Assembly (NCBI GenBank): GCA_005790545.1
Contig: SXUL01000036.1
Location: 6,534-70,533, forward strand
Length of the DNA: 64,000 nt
DNA from: Planctomycetia bacterium
Lineage (GTDB): Bacteria; Planctomycetota; GCA-002687715
Reading direction: 5' to 3'
Notes under the pieces: generated by a model
The model's database searches: none
What the model was told of the DNA's origin: nothing
The model's input: the letters and a program-made list of their open reading frames with translations, nothing else
Position numbers and translations under genes: made by a program
In this document: positions 18,564 to 27,992 of the stretch, piece by piece
Numbering within the stretch: the first letter of the stretch is position 1
Layout of the letters: every line of letters starts with the position of its first letter

Positions 18564-21500
18564 TCACCTGTTTGCAGCGCGCCGCGCGAGCTCCCGGTAG
18601 CCATCCTGATCCGGAGCAAGTGCGGAGGACAGCTGAAGCAGATCGGGCGCACGGGGCGGCAGCTGTTCCGACAGGGGCGCAGCTTTGTTCTTGAATCCGG
18701 CGAGAAGCGCGAAGCGATACGCGAGCGTGTGGCGCGCCAGACTGTCCGCAGGCAGTTTGAGGATGGCGTCAAGGGCGGAGGGGATGCCGCCGGGCGAAGA
18801 TCCCATGGCCAGAGCATCGATGCGCACAAAGGCCATTCTGGCCTCTGCCAATTCGAGGCGACGTCGGGGTGCAAGATCCTCGATGGACCAGATGCGCGCG
18901 CAATTGTCGTCGCCGAACGCGCCGCCACTGGCGGTGAGTACGGATCTGCCATCGGCGCTGAATGCAAGTGTCAGGACTTTGCCTCTGTGGCCGCGGAACA
19001 CACCGGCTCCCGTCATGTGCTCGGTGTCATGAAGACGCCACTCGCGATCATCGCCGCCGCTCGCGAGCATGCGCCCGTCTCTCCTCCAAGCCACCGTATT
19101 CACGCGCCCTTGGTGGCCAGACAGTGATGCGTATTCGTCCGTGGTGTCGAGATTCACGAGGCGCACAAGACCATCCTCGCAACCTGCGGCAAGGACACGT
19201 CTGTTCGCATCCGGATTCAAGGCAAGAGAGAGCACGCTGCTCTTTCTCAATGCGGTGATCTCCACGGCGCGTTCGCTTGCGAGGTCCATGGCCCACACGG
19301 CACTCGAGTGGATCGAGTCGGCAGCCATGCTGACGAAAATAGTGCGACCATCCGCGCTGAACTCAATGGCCAATGGGCGCGTTGCAAAGAGCGGCAGGTC
19401 GCGATGCTGCCAGCGCATGGGCTCGACTCCGTCAACCTCATAGAGTCGCACCCAGCCACGCACTTTGCCATCCCCTGCGATAGCCAGCTGCTTTCCCGTC
19501 CGGTCAAACTTGAGGGCCCTGGCAACGCCGGGCAACGCCGGTCCCAGTCGCGGGAACACGAACTTCTGGTCGTCTCCGGCGGGTAGCCAGACACACACCG
19601 GTGCGGGGCCATGAATGCTCGCCGCGAAGCCGAGCTGGGGATGAAAAACAACGGCCTGCCCCTCATCGCAGCTCTTGCCATGCGGCGGATGGAATCCAGT
19701 GCTTCGAATACCGCCTGCCTCAGGCAAAGCGAAGTGGACTTCGCCGAAAGAGTCGAAGGTCGCGACCGTGCCCGACTTCGGATCAACACTCAGGCTGCGC
19801 ACGCTGGTGCTGTGCCCGCCCACGATGGGGGGCTCTTCTGCAGCCATGGCCGGCCAGAGCATCAGCTTGCCGCCCTTGTCAGCGGTCGCGAGAAAGCGCC
19901 CGTTCCGGATCGGGACCAGCGCCTCGATCGTTTGCTCATGCCCGTGAAGCACGACCGCATTCCCACGCGGGCTCAAGAGTCTCAAGACTTCCGGCATCGA
20001 CGCGCCCGGGCTCCGGGGTGACGCGTGATGCCAAAGATGGAGTACCCGGTCATGCCCAGCGCTCGCAAGAGTCTCGCCGTGAAACCCGACGAAACTCACG
20101 CATAACACAGCATCGGTGTGGCCAAGCAACACTTCGACAGCCACGCCTGAGTGCGCAGGGTCACGGCGACGCGCCAGCACACTCGCTTCCACATTCCACC
20201 GACGCACCGTGCGGTCCACCCCAACGCTAGCGAGCCACTGGCTGTCGGGCGAGAAGGCCAGATCCCAGACGTGGTACTCATGGCCGAGAAGTACTGCTAC
20301 CGCCGCGAAGTTCCCCTCCGGCGTCCGACGAAACACGCGGACTGCGTGGGGCTGACCGTAGTCTCCAATGGCCAGCGATTGTCCATCCGGGCTGACGCTC
20401 ATGCAGTTGGCGTCAGGACCGATATCCGCAATGCAAGAATCCGCCGCAGCCATTCCTGGCACGAGGTGCACGATGCGGCAACAGCGAACAGCTGTGGCTT
20501 TGGCTCCGGGCTCGTGCCCCTGGTGCTCGTGCTGACACAGCATGATCCAGCGCGTGACCTCGAGGGGATCGCCCACAATCTCATCGCACGATGTGACGCC
20601 ATCCAGCTTGCGCCTCAGCACCTCATCCCACACATCCTGCCGCTGCTCGTGCATCAGCACGACGCCGTCGGACCAGGCGGAGACAAGGCTCTTGCCGCCA
20701 GCACCGAACTTGAGCCCCTTGGCGTGCAGCGGACGGACTGCACCCGGATCCCCGCACCTCGTCACCTGGCCATCTCTCTGCCCGGTGGTCACCACGACAG
20801 CAGGCGCGCTGATCTCTGCCCCATCTCCGCGGATCGCGCACACCTGTACAGCGCCATCTCCGGTACTGATCGCCAGAAGCTCCTGATCCTCATTCCAATC
20901 GAGAAGTGTTCGATCCAAGGCGAGCAGACATCCTGGCTTCGCCAGCGCGAGCCCCGCCAGAGACTGGTCGGAAGCCGCGCGAAACCAACGCGATTCCCAG
21001 CGCTCCTGGCGCTCCGGAAATGCAGCCAACAAGCGCGCTGCACCGCCCACATCGTGAACGTGCAGACAGCTGGCCACGGCATCCAACGTGCTGCCATACA
21101 ACCTCAAGCCCTCCTCCTCGATGCCTCGTTGGCGCGCAACTTCGCGTGAGGATTCCAGAATCAACCACAGAAGGACACCCACCGCCGTGAGCAGCGCGAA
21201 GAACAGCGCCGCATACTGCCAGCGATGTCGTGCAATACGCGCTGCGCAACGCTGCACCAATCCAGGCGCCACCACACTCACCGGGTCGCCGCGCAACCAG
21301 CGCCGCAAGTCCGCCGCGAAGGCACCGACCGAGGGATAGCGCTGCTCTTTCGTGCGTGCCATGGCCTTCAGCAAGACGGCTTCAAGGCTTGCATCCAGCG
21401 TGCGGTTGAGTGCGGCGGGACGCCCTGGCTCACTATCGAGAACGAGGCGCATCTGCGTGAGCGCATTCGTGGTCGTTGATTCCCACGGCAGGCGCCCGAC

Positions 21501-22364
21501 CACCAACTCATGCAGAACGATGCCGGCGGCGTAGACATCTCCGCGCGTATCCGCGAACTCCGGCTTCAGGAGTTGTTCAGGGCTCATGTAGAGCGGCGTG
21601 CCCAGCACTCCCTCGCGCGTGCCGAGGGTCATCCCCGGCTCGCGGTCCATGGCAGTGCAGATCCCGAAGTCAATGAGCTTCACGTGTCCGCCGCCATCCA
21701 CGAGAATGTTGGACGGCTTCAGATCCCGATGAATGATGCCGCGATGATGGAGATGCTGAACCGCATCGAGCACCTGCAGGAAGACCTCCACACCTTCGCG
21801 TACAGCCGTGCACTTCTTGGCGACATAGTCCGTGATCGCGAGCGCGTCCGGCACCAGCTCCATGGCGAACCATGGGATGTCTCCACCTTGCGCGTGATGC
21901 ACGCCCGCGCTGTAGACCTGCGCAATGCCGGGATGACTGAGGCCCGCCATGGCCTTCACTTCGTTCACAAAGCGGCGCACACCCGAGGTCCCCTGCCCCG
22001 CGCTGTGAATGAGCTTCAGCGCCACTTTGCGTACCGGATCCGACTGTGCCGCCAAGTAGACCGTGCCCATGCCCCCCCGGGCCAGCACGCTTTCGATCAC
22101 GTACTCCCCCATGCGCTGGCCGAGCAGTGCCTCTTCGACCGCTCCGGTCTTGAGCATGGCGTCCATGCCGTGCCCCTTGCCCAGCGCGGGTTCGCCGAGA
22201 AACCCGACGGATTTCGCATCCGCAGCAAGAAGTTCCGCAACAAACGCTTTCAGCTCATCATCACCACTGCACTCCACCTCGATCAGCGCGGCGCGGCGCG
22301 GCGCATCAAGCTCCTTGGCCTTGAGAAAGAGCTCCTGTGCGCGCGCATACTTCTCCGGGTTCAT
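18564..22364 (-). CDS. Hanks-type Ser/Thr protein kinase with TM helix and C-terminal WD40 repeats
   Basis: GGMGTVY, VALK, HRDLKPSN, DFG, GTPLYMSPEQ; TM (WQYAALFFALLTAVGVLLWLIL); GH...WD-type repeats. ATGA overlap with the ECF stop. Confidence 0.93.
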   Translation of the reverse strand: MNPEKYARAQELFLKAKELDAPRRAALIEVECSGDDELKAFVAELLAADAKSVGFLGEPALGKGHGMDAMLKTGAVEEALLGQRMGEYVIESVLARGGMGTVYLAAQSDPVRKVALKLIHSAGQGTSGVRRFVNEVKAMAGLSHPGIAQVYSAGVHHAQGGDIPWFAMELVPDALAITDYVAKKCTAVREGVEVFLQVLDAVQHLHHRGIIHRDLKPSNILVDGGGHVKLIDFGICTAMDREPGMTLGTREGVLGTPLYMSPEQLLKPEFADTRGDVYAAGIVLHELVVGRLPWESTTTNALTQMRLVLDSEPGRPAALNRTLDASLEAVLLKAMARTKEQRYPSVGAFAADLRRWLRGDPVSVVAPGLVQRCAARIARHRWQYAALFFALLTAVGVLLWLILESSREVARQRGIEEEGLRLYGSTLDAVASCLHVHDVGGAARLLAAFPERQERWESRWFRAASDQSLAGLALAKPGCLLALDRTLLDWNEDQELLAISTGDGAVQVCAIRGDGAEISAPAVVVTTGQRDGQVTRCGDPGAVRPLHAKGLKFGAGGKSLVSAWSDGVVLMHEQRQDVWDEVLRRKLDGVTSCDEIVGDPLEVTRWIMLCQHEHQGHEPGAKATAVRCCRIVHLVPGMAAADSCIADIGPDANCMSVSPDGQSLAIGDYGQPHAVRVFRRTPEGNFAAVAVLLGHEYHVWDLAFSPDSQWLASVGVDRTVRRWNVEASVLARRRDPAHSGVAVEVLLGHTDAVLCVSFVGFHGETLASAGHDRVLHLWHHASPRSPGASMPEVLRLLSPRGNAVVLHGHEQTIEALVPIRNGRFLATADKGGKLMLWPAMAAEEPPIVGGHSTSVRSLSVDPKSGTVATFDSFGEVHFALPEAGGIRSTGFHPPHGKSCDEGQAVVFHPQLGFAASIHGPAPVCVWLPAGDDQKFVFPRLGPALPGVARALKFDRTGKQLAIAGDGKVRGWVRLYEVDGVEPMRWQHRDLPLFATRPLAIEFSADGRTIFVSMAADSIHSSAVWAMDLASERAVEITALRKSSVLSLALNPDANRRVLAAGCEDGLVRLVNLDTTDEYASLSGHQGRVNTVAWRRDGRMLASGGDDREWRLHDTEHMTGAGVFRGHRGKVLTLAFSADGRSVLTASGGAFGDDNCARIWSIEDLAPRRRLELAEARMAFVRIDALAMGSSPGGIPSALDAILKLPADSLARHTLAYRFALLAGFKNKAAPLSEQLPPRAPDLLQLSSALAPDQDGYRELARRAANR

Positions 22365-22933
22365 GCGCAGTGGCCGCCATTGAGCTTGCGAAACAGGAAT
22401 GCGCGCGCCGTACTCCAATCGCCTTCCGTCGTGCGGAGCGAGACACCCAACACCTCCGCAACAGCGTGCATTTCGAGGCCGCCGTAGAAATGCAATTCCA
22501 CCACGCGTGCCTGACGTGCATGCAGCAGGCGCAGCTCTTCGAGGGCCTCGTCCAGGGCCAGCACGTCGACCGCCGAGGCTGCGGCAGCGGGCGTCGCGAG
22601 CCCCTGGAAGGTGACGCGCACATACTCCCCACCACGCTTCAGACGCTTTCTGTCCCGGGCATGTTTGACGAGGATGCGACGAATGGCGAGGGCCGCCACT
22701 GCGAAGAAGTGCTTCCTGTCGTCCCAATTCATGCGTTGCACCGAGAGCTCCATGAAGGCTTCGTCGGCGAGGACACCCGGCTCCAGCGTGTGACCGTTGC
22801 GCTCCTTCTTGAAATGCCGCGCGGCGATGCGCTGCAACTCCGCGTGCACCAGCGGGAGCAACTCCTCGCGCGCTCCAAAGTCACCGTCGCCGACGCGCTT
22901 CAACAAGCGAGTGATGTGGTGCCGGACTTCCAT
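22361..22933 (-). CDS. ECF sigma factor, TIGR02999 (kinase-associated) family
   Basis: ITRLL...GD..AREELLPLVHAEL, WDDRKHFFAVAA, RLKRGG, QARVVELHFYGGL, DWSTARAFL. Start trimmed to MEVRHH. Confidence 0.92.
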   Translation of the reverse strand: MEVRHHITRLLKRVGDGDFGAREELLPLVHAELQRIAARHFKKERNGHTLEPGVLADEAFMELSVQRMNWDDRKHFFAVAALAIRRILVKHARDRKRLKRGGEYVRVTFQGLATPAAAASAVDVLALDEALEELRLLHARQARVVELHFYGGLEMHAVAEVLGVSLRTTEGDWSTARAFLFRKLNGGHCA

Positions 22934-23039
22934 GCCCGCAATGGCACCAGATTCCACTGCGGATCTCAACCGGAAACGGGACATCTCACTGATGGCGGGG
23001 TTTCCGCATGCGCAAGCGCCCCCGACCGGGGTGTGCACA

Positions 23040-24056
23040 TCAACCACGAACTGCGGCGTGACTGAGGCTCTGCTTTGCGAATCCCTGCGCTTCCTCAAGT
23101 GCCGTCGCCAAGGATCCGTCGTGCCGACCGCCCGCCGCCTGCTCATGGCCGCCCCCGGAGAATTGGAGTGCAAGGGCGCGTGCGCTGAAGGGAGCACGGG
23201 TACGGAAGCTCAGCTTCACGCCGTCTGCATCCTCACGCAGAAACACTGCGATCGCCACTCCCTCAAGAGCGCGCAAGTGATTCACGAGATCCTCGCTGTC
23301 TTCGCGGAGCGCGCCCGTGGACGCGAACATCTCCCGCGTGACGAAGCCCGTCGCGATGCGGCCGTCCTCGGTCAGCGTCACCGTATCCAGGAAACGCGCG
23401 AGGAGCTTTTTCGCGGCGAGGGATTCGCGCAGCATGACGAAGGCCGCAACGCGCGCCGGACGCGCACCAACGCTGACCAGACGCGCGGCGGCCTCCAGCG
23501 CGCGCCGGTCCGTGTTCGACCAGCGGAACCAACCCGTGTCATTCACGATGGCTGTGTAGAGCGCGTCGCCAGCACTCTCATCCACGGGCCAGTCCAAGGC
23601 TTCGAGAATCTCCTGCACCAGCACGCCCGTTGCCGCAGCACCAGTGTCGAGGCAGTGCCAAGCGGAGAAGGGTGTGCTGCATGGGTGGTGATCGATGCAG
23701 AGCACGGGCAGGCTCGTGGCCTTGAGCAGCGGCGCCATCAAGCCGAGTCTGGCCCACGAATTGTTGTCGAGAACGATGACGAGATCCCGCTCGTCCATCG
23801 CTGCTGTGGCATCCGCCCCCGTGTCCACGACGCTGGCGTCGCCTGCTTCCAGGAGGAAGTCGAAGATGCGTGGCGCCGGTTCGTGCAAGACGAGACGCGG
23901 CGCAGCGCCGCGTGCACGGAATGCGTGCAGCAAGGCCACTGCAGATCCGAGTGCATCCCCGTCGATCTCCACATGCCCCATCAGCAGAGGACGCGTGCTT
24001 TGCGCGAGCAATCGGCCAGCCGCTCCCGCACTGATGAACCCCGCGCCGCCTGTCAT
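23040..24056 (-). CDS. DHH-family phosphoesterase (NrnA/PAP phosphatase-like)
   Basis: HVEIDGDALGS, IDHH, DTGWF, DHHA1-type GGGHEQAAG. Confidence 0.9.
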   Translation of the reverse strand: MTGGAGFISAGAAGRLLAQSTRPLLMGHVEIDGDALGSAVALLHAFRARGAAPRLVLHEPAPRIFDFLLEAGDASVVDTGADATAAMDERDLVIVLDNNSWARLGLMAPLLKATSLPVLCIDHHPCSTPFSAWHCLDTGAAATGVLVQEILEALDWPVDESAGDALYTAIVNDTGWFRWSNTDRRALEAAARLVSVGARPARVAAFVMLRESLAAKKLLARFLDTVTLTEDGRIATGFVTREMFASTGALREDSEDLVNHLRALEGVAIAVFLREDADGVKLSFRTRAPFSARALALQFSGGGHEQAAGGRHDGSLATALEEAQGFAKQSLSHAAVRG

Positions 24057-25669
24057 TGCCGCCCCGATGTGCGCCCGAGCGCAGCCAGTGTGCGGGCTTC
24101 AAGCCATACGAACTTCAGATCATCCACAAGACGCGGCCGCACATCCTCAATGCCGTGGCGCAGCAGAGCGATGGCTGCCGCATTGGCCACCGACCGGTCA
24201 GGATCATCGAACAGTTGCCTCAACACCGGCACGATGTGCCAGTTTTCCTGAGCTGCGAGCCCGAGTGCCGCTGCTTCACGCACCAGAGGTTCTTCGTCGC
24301 GCGCCAGGCTGACGAGCAGTGTCCGCACGTGAGGATTCGCGAGGCTTCCGAGCGCTCCGGCAACCGCAACCCGCACCGCAGCGACCTGATCCCTCGCCGC
24401 ATGTTCGAGCACGGACAGCGCTTGCTCCCGTGCGAGCTTCCTGCAACCGGTTGCCGCCAGACAGCGCACGCGCCACGAGGCATGGGTCATGAGCTCTGCA
24501 ACCAAGGGACTGAACCGGTCCACGAACACGAGCTCTCCGGCAGCCACGTGTGGTGCGGGAAAGCCGGATTCGGTGGTCAAGGCTTCCTGCAGGATGGTCC
24601 GGACAGCCGACGCATCCGGGTGGCGACGCAGCAGCAGCAGCACGTCCTCGGCACACTCCTCCGGAATCGCCGCAAGGACAGGCCGCAACTCCTCCGGAGC
24701 GAGAACCGTCGTCCCGGCAAGAGCTGCCTCGAGCGCCGAGAATTCGAGGGCCCCCTCGCCAGAAACGACGGCCGCGAGGACCGCCTGCGCGCCAGGTGAA
24801 ACGCCGGTTTCGAGCGCCGCCGCGAACGCGGCCGTTCTCAGCTCCACGCTGCCACCAATGAACACATCCGCAAAGTGCAGCGCCGCGTCTGGATGATGCA
24901 AGGCAGCGAGAGCACGGGCGAGCAAGACGCGTCCGCTTGGCCCCACCTCGGGTGCAGATGCGAGAATGTACGGAACGTGTGCGGGCACCTGCTCTGCGAG
25001 CAAAGCTGGCAGATCCGCCTCGCGGAGAATCAGTCCCGTCGGAGGCAACAACTCTCCCCCGACAGCGCGCGCGCGCTCCGCCGCGAGGGACATGAGCAAT
25101 TTGTCGGCATAGAGGGGCGGAAGAAGTTCCGCCGCTGTCGACCCGGCAGGCAGGCCCGCGAGGTCCGCCAGCAGACGCCATTCCTCCGTGCCAGGAAGGC
25201 CGAGCAGGAGCTCCGCCATCAAGCACCGCTTTGCTGGCCCATCGAGTCGCCCCAGTGCATCCGCTGCCTGAAGACTGAAACGCGCTCTGGGCAGGGCCGC
25301 GGCCCTGAACAACAGCACGGAACCATCGCGTCCGGCTTCAAGCAGGCGCGCAATGGCCCATTCCGCGCAGGTGGCATCGTCCTGCTCCAGCGCCTTGGCA
25401 TATGCAGGAAGCCCCGCCCGCAACACCGCGGCTTCCAGCACCACGAGGCGCACCGTGGCAGAAGAATCTGCCGCGTGGCGCTCAAGCAATCCGTCGACTT
25501 CCATCCCGGATGCAAGCGACATCAAAGCCGCCGCGCTGGCACGAACAAAATGCGTGTCTGCAGAGCGCACACCTCGCAACCCGGCGAGGAAGGCTTCGGC
25601 ATCCGCTTGGGCCGTGAGTGAGCTTGCGAGAAGCAGAGACACAAGCAGCAAGCGGCGGACACCATGCAT
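24053..25669 (-). CDS. Exported HEAT-repeat protein
   Basis: Signal peptide; C-terminal HEAT/PBS-like repeats (DQVAAVRVAVAGAL, DEEPLVREAAALGL, DPDRSVANAAAIAL). Confidence 0.7.
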   Translation of the reverse strand: MHGVRRLLLVSLLLASSLTAQADAEAFLAGLRGVRSADTHFVRASAAALMSLASGMEVDGLLERHAADSSATVRLVVLEAAVLRAGLPAYAKALEQDDATCAEWAIARLLEAGRDGSVLLFRAAALPRARFSLQAADALGRLDGPAKRCLMAELLLGLPGTEEWRLLADLAGLPAGSTAAELLPPLYADKLLMSLAAERARAVGGELLPPTGLILREADLPALLAEQVPAHVPYILASAPEVGPSGRVLLARALAALHHPDAALHFADVFIGGSVELRTAAFAAALETGVSPGAQAVLAAVVSGEGALEFSALEAALAGTTVLAPEELRPVLAAIPEECAEDVLLLLRRHPDASAVRTILQEALTTESGFPAPHVAAGELVFVDRFSPLVAELMTHASWRVRCLAATGCRKLAREQALSVLEHAARDQVAAVRVAVAGALGSLANPHVRTLLVSLARDEEPLVREAAALGLAAQENWHIVPVLRQLFDDPDRSVANAAAIALLRHGIEDVRPRLVDDLKFVWLEARTLAALGRTSGRQ

Positions 25670-25764
25670 GACCGACGCACCTTACGGAGCCCCTCTCCGG
25701 CGGTCAAACCATCTCCAACCACGCCATTTCCCATCCACCTTCAGCAGAGCGATCCAGACAGCCC

Positions 25765-25808
25765 AAAACGCCCACGGGGCCGGCTCTTTCGAGTCGACCC
25801 CGCGTGCG
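25765..25808 (-). terminator. Intrinsic terminator after the pilin gene
   Basis: Minus strand: CGCACGCGGGGTCGACTC-GAAA-GAGCCGGCCCCGTGGGCG followed by TTTT. Confidence 0.65.
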
Positions 25809-25838
25809 CACTCCCGGAAGAACCGGGAATTCAGCCGC

Positions 25839-26537
25839 TCACTGCACTGGCGTCCAGGTGTTCGCGTCCTGCGCCACGCCGCCGTTGATGGCAACGCCGC
25901 TGGTCATGTCGCCAGCAGTGATGTAGCAGGCATCGAACGCTGGCGGAGTCCCCGCATCGTAGGTGAGCACATTCATGCGGGTCTGCACGATTTCGCCGCG
26001 TTGATTCACGAAGAAGGCGCGGTTGCCCGTGGTGCCCGAACCAACCGGCCACGCATAGGCGCACCAGAGGTTCTCGCACGAATCATCACCCACAGCACCC
26101 ACACCAGTGGGGCCGCCACCGCCGTTTTCGCCCACGCCGGCTGCCGGCGTCGCCGGATTCGGCAGGAAGATGCGGAAGTAGTAGCCGGACTTGTTCACGT
26201 AGCCGCTGGCATCGATGTTCTGGAAGGTGTTGCCGAGGATGGCCGGATCAAGGGGCGTTGCCATGCCCGCACCGCGCAAGTTGAGCGCGCTGAGGCCGGA
26301 CAGTTCGCCGAAGTAGCCGTACTCACCCGTGCCGTCGAGGTCGTTGTCCATGGCACCCATGGACTGGAATTGCGCCTGCGCGCTGACCAGGTTGCGGAGG
26401 GTCGAGATGGCATTCGACTCATTGGCGGCAAGCCGCGATGAGAGCAGGTTCGGCACGGCGATGGCCGCGATGATGGCGATGATCGCCACCACAATCATGA
26501 GTTCGATCAAAGTAAAACCGGCGTTGCGACGCTGCAT
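25839..26537 (-). CDS. Type IV pilin-like protein (prepilin N-methylation domain; DUF2950-like C-terminus)
   Basis: MQRRNAG|FTLIELMIVVAIIAIIAAIAVP class III signal with E5; KSGYYFRI and AYAWP...GTTGNRAFFVN motifs. Confidence 0.9.
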   Translation of the reverse strand: MQRRNAGFTLIELMIVVAIIAIIAAIAVPNLLSSRLAANESNAISTLRNLVSAQAQFQSMGAMDNDLDGTGEYGYFGELSGLSALNLRGAGMATPLDPAILGNTFQNIDASGYVNKSGYYFRIFLPNPATPAAGVGENGGGGPTGVGAVGDDSCENLWCAYAWPVGSGTTGNRAFFVNQRGEIVQTRMNVLTYDAGTPPAFDACYITAGDMTSGVAINGGVAQDANTWTPVQ

Positions 26538-26866
26538 GGAGTTCCTCGCTGGGCTGTTGGACGTTGGACGGATCACGTTGGGCTGTGTGGTTCAGTGCCG
26601 CGGAGTGAGCGCTGCATGCGGGCCATGCGTGTTCACTTTTGCGGTTCCTGCAACTCCACCTTGGAGCTGCACCGTTCTTCTTCGACATCCTCCATGCACT
26701 TCTTCAGTGTTCGCATGGACTTCGGCACGCAGCGGCCAGTGCCTCCGACCTTGAAGATGCGCGCTCGCGCTTCAAAGTGGGGTCAGAGGCTCAATCCTGC
26801 GTCGCCGCGCACCATTGAAGCCATGACTGGCATGCTGGAGATGGCACCGAGCGCGCGCCGACCGGT

Positions 26867-27991
26867 TCACTTGGGTGTGAGTGCTTCCTGCAGCTTCATG
26901 ATCGGCAGGAAGATCGCAAGCACGATGCCGCCCACGACGATGCCCATCACGGCAATCAGCAGCGGTTCGATGAGAGACGTGAGGCTCTTCACCTCCGCCT
27001 CCACCTGCTGGTCGTAGAACTCGCTGATCTTCTCGAGCAACGCGTCCAGTGATCCGGAACGCTCGCCGATGCCGATCATGCGCACGACCATGGGAGGAAA
27101 GACGGGCTCTCGTGAGAGCGGCGTGGCGAGGGAGTCCCCCTGGCGCACTGAATCCATGGCCTTCCGCACGGCTTCGGAGATCTGGGAATTCCCGGCTGTC
27201 TCGGCGACGATTTCGAGAGCACCAAGAATCGGCACGCCACTCTTCACCATGGTGCTGAAGGTGCGCGCAAAGCGCGACAGGGCCACCTTCTTGAACAAAG
27301 GACCGAGTACCGGCATGGCGAAACGGAAGCGGTCGACTGCGCGAATCCCGTTGGGCGTGCGTTTCCAGAGAACGAACGCCGTCACCATGACACCGATGAC
27401 TGCCGCGCTGAGCAGAAACTGGTCCCTCAGCGTGATGCTCAATGCCATCACGGCCTTGGTGACACCGGGGAGTTCCACGCCGAGACCGTCGAAGATCTCC
27501 TTGAAACGCGGCACGATCACGATCATGAGGAATGCCGTGATGCCAAAGACGAGAAAGAGGCTCACAACCGGATAGGTCATGGCGGCCTTGATCTCGCGTC
27601 GCAGTTTCGCGGATGCTTCGAGATACTCCGCAAGGCGCACGAGAATCTCATCGAGCTGCCCGGAGCTCTCGCCGGCCTTGATCATGCTCACATAGACCGC
27701 GGGGAAGATCTTCGGGTGCTTCGCCAGCGCCCGGCTGAGATCGAGACCGCCGCGAATGTCCGCGATCACCGTCCCGAGCACGCGCGCGAAGGCCTTGCTC
27801 TCCGCCTGTTCACACTGGATGCCGAGACACTCGAGGAGCGGGATTCCCGCGCTCACCATGGTCGCGAGCTGGCGCGTGAACAACTCCAGTTCGCCGCGCT
27901 TCATGGCCTTCCGGCGCTTCTTCGCGGCCGGTGCCGGGCGCAGCATCTCGATCGCGGGCGCGCCCTGAGTTTCCTTCGTGCTCGTGCTCAT
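26867..27991 (-). CDS. pilC: PilC/GspF inner-membrane platform protein
   Basis: FTRQLATMVSAGIPL, AGESSGQLD, AMTYP, GERSGSLD, LTSLIEP. Confidence 0.93.
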   Translation of the reverse strand: MSTSTKETQGAPAIEMLRPAPAAKKRRKAMKRGELELFTRQLATMVSAGIPLLECLGIQCEQAESKAFARVLGTVIADIRGGLDLSRALAKHPKIFPAVYVSMIKAGESSGQLDEILVRLAEYLEASAKLRREIKAAMTYPVVSLFLVFGITAFLMIVIVPRFKEIFDGLGVELPGVTKAVMALSITLRDQFLLSAAVIGVMVTAFVLWKRTPNGIRAVDRFRFAMPVLGPLFKKVALSRFARTFSTMVKSGVPILGALEIVAETAGNSQISEAVRKAMDSVRQGDSLATPLSREPVFPPMVVRMIGIGERSGSLDALLEKISEFYDQQVEAEVKSLTSLIEPLLIAVMGIVVGGIVLAIFLPIMKLQEALTPK

Positions 27992-27992
27992 C

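Noticed and set aside
26611-26625. Possible sigma54 promoter upstream of the pilin (TGGCCCGCATGCAGC)
   Set aside because: GG-N10-GC spacing is right but the -12 element lacks TT; too weak in GC-rich DNA.
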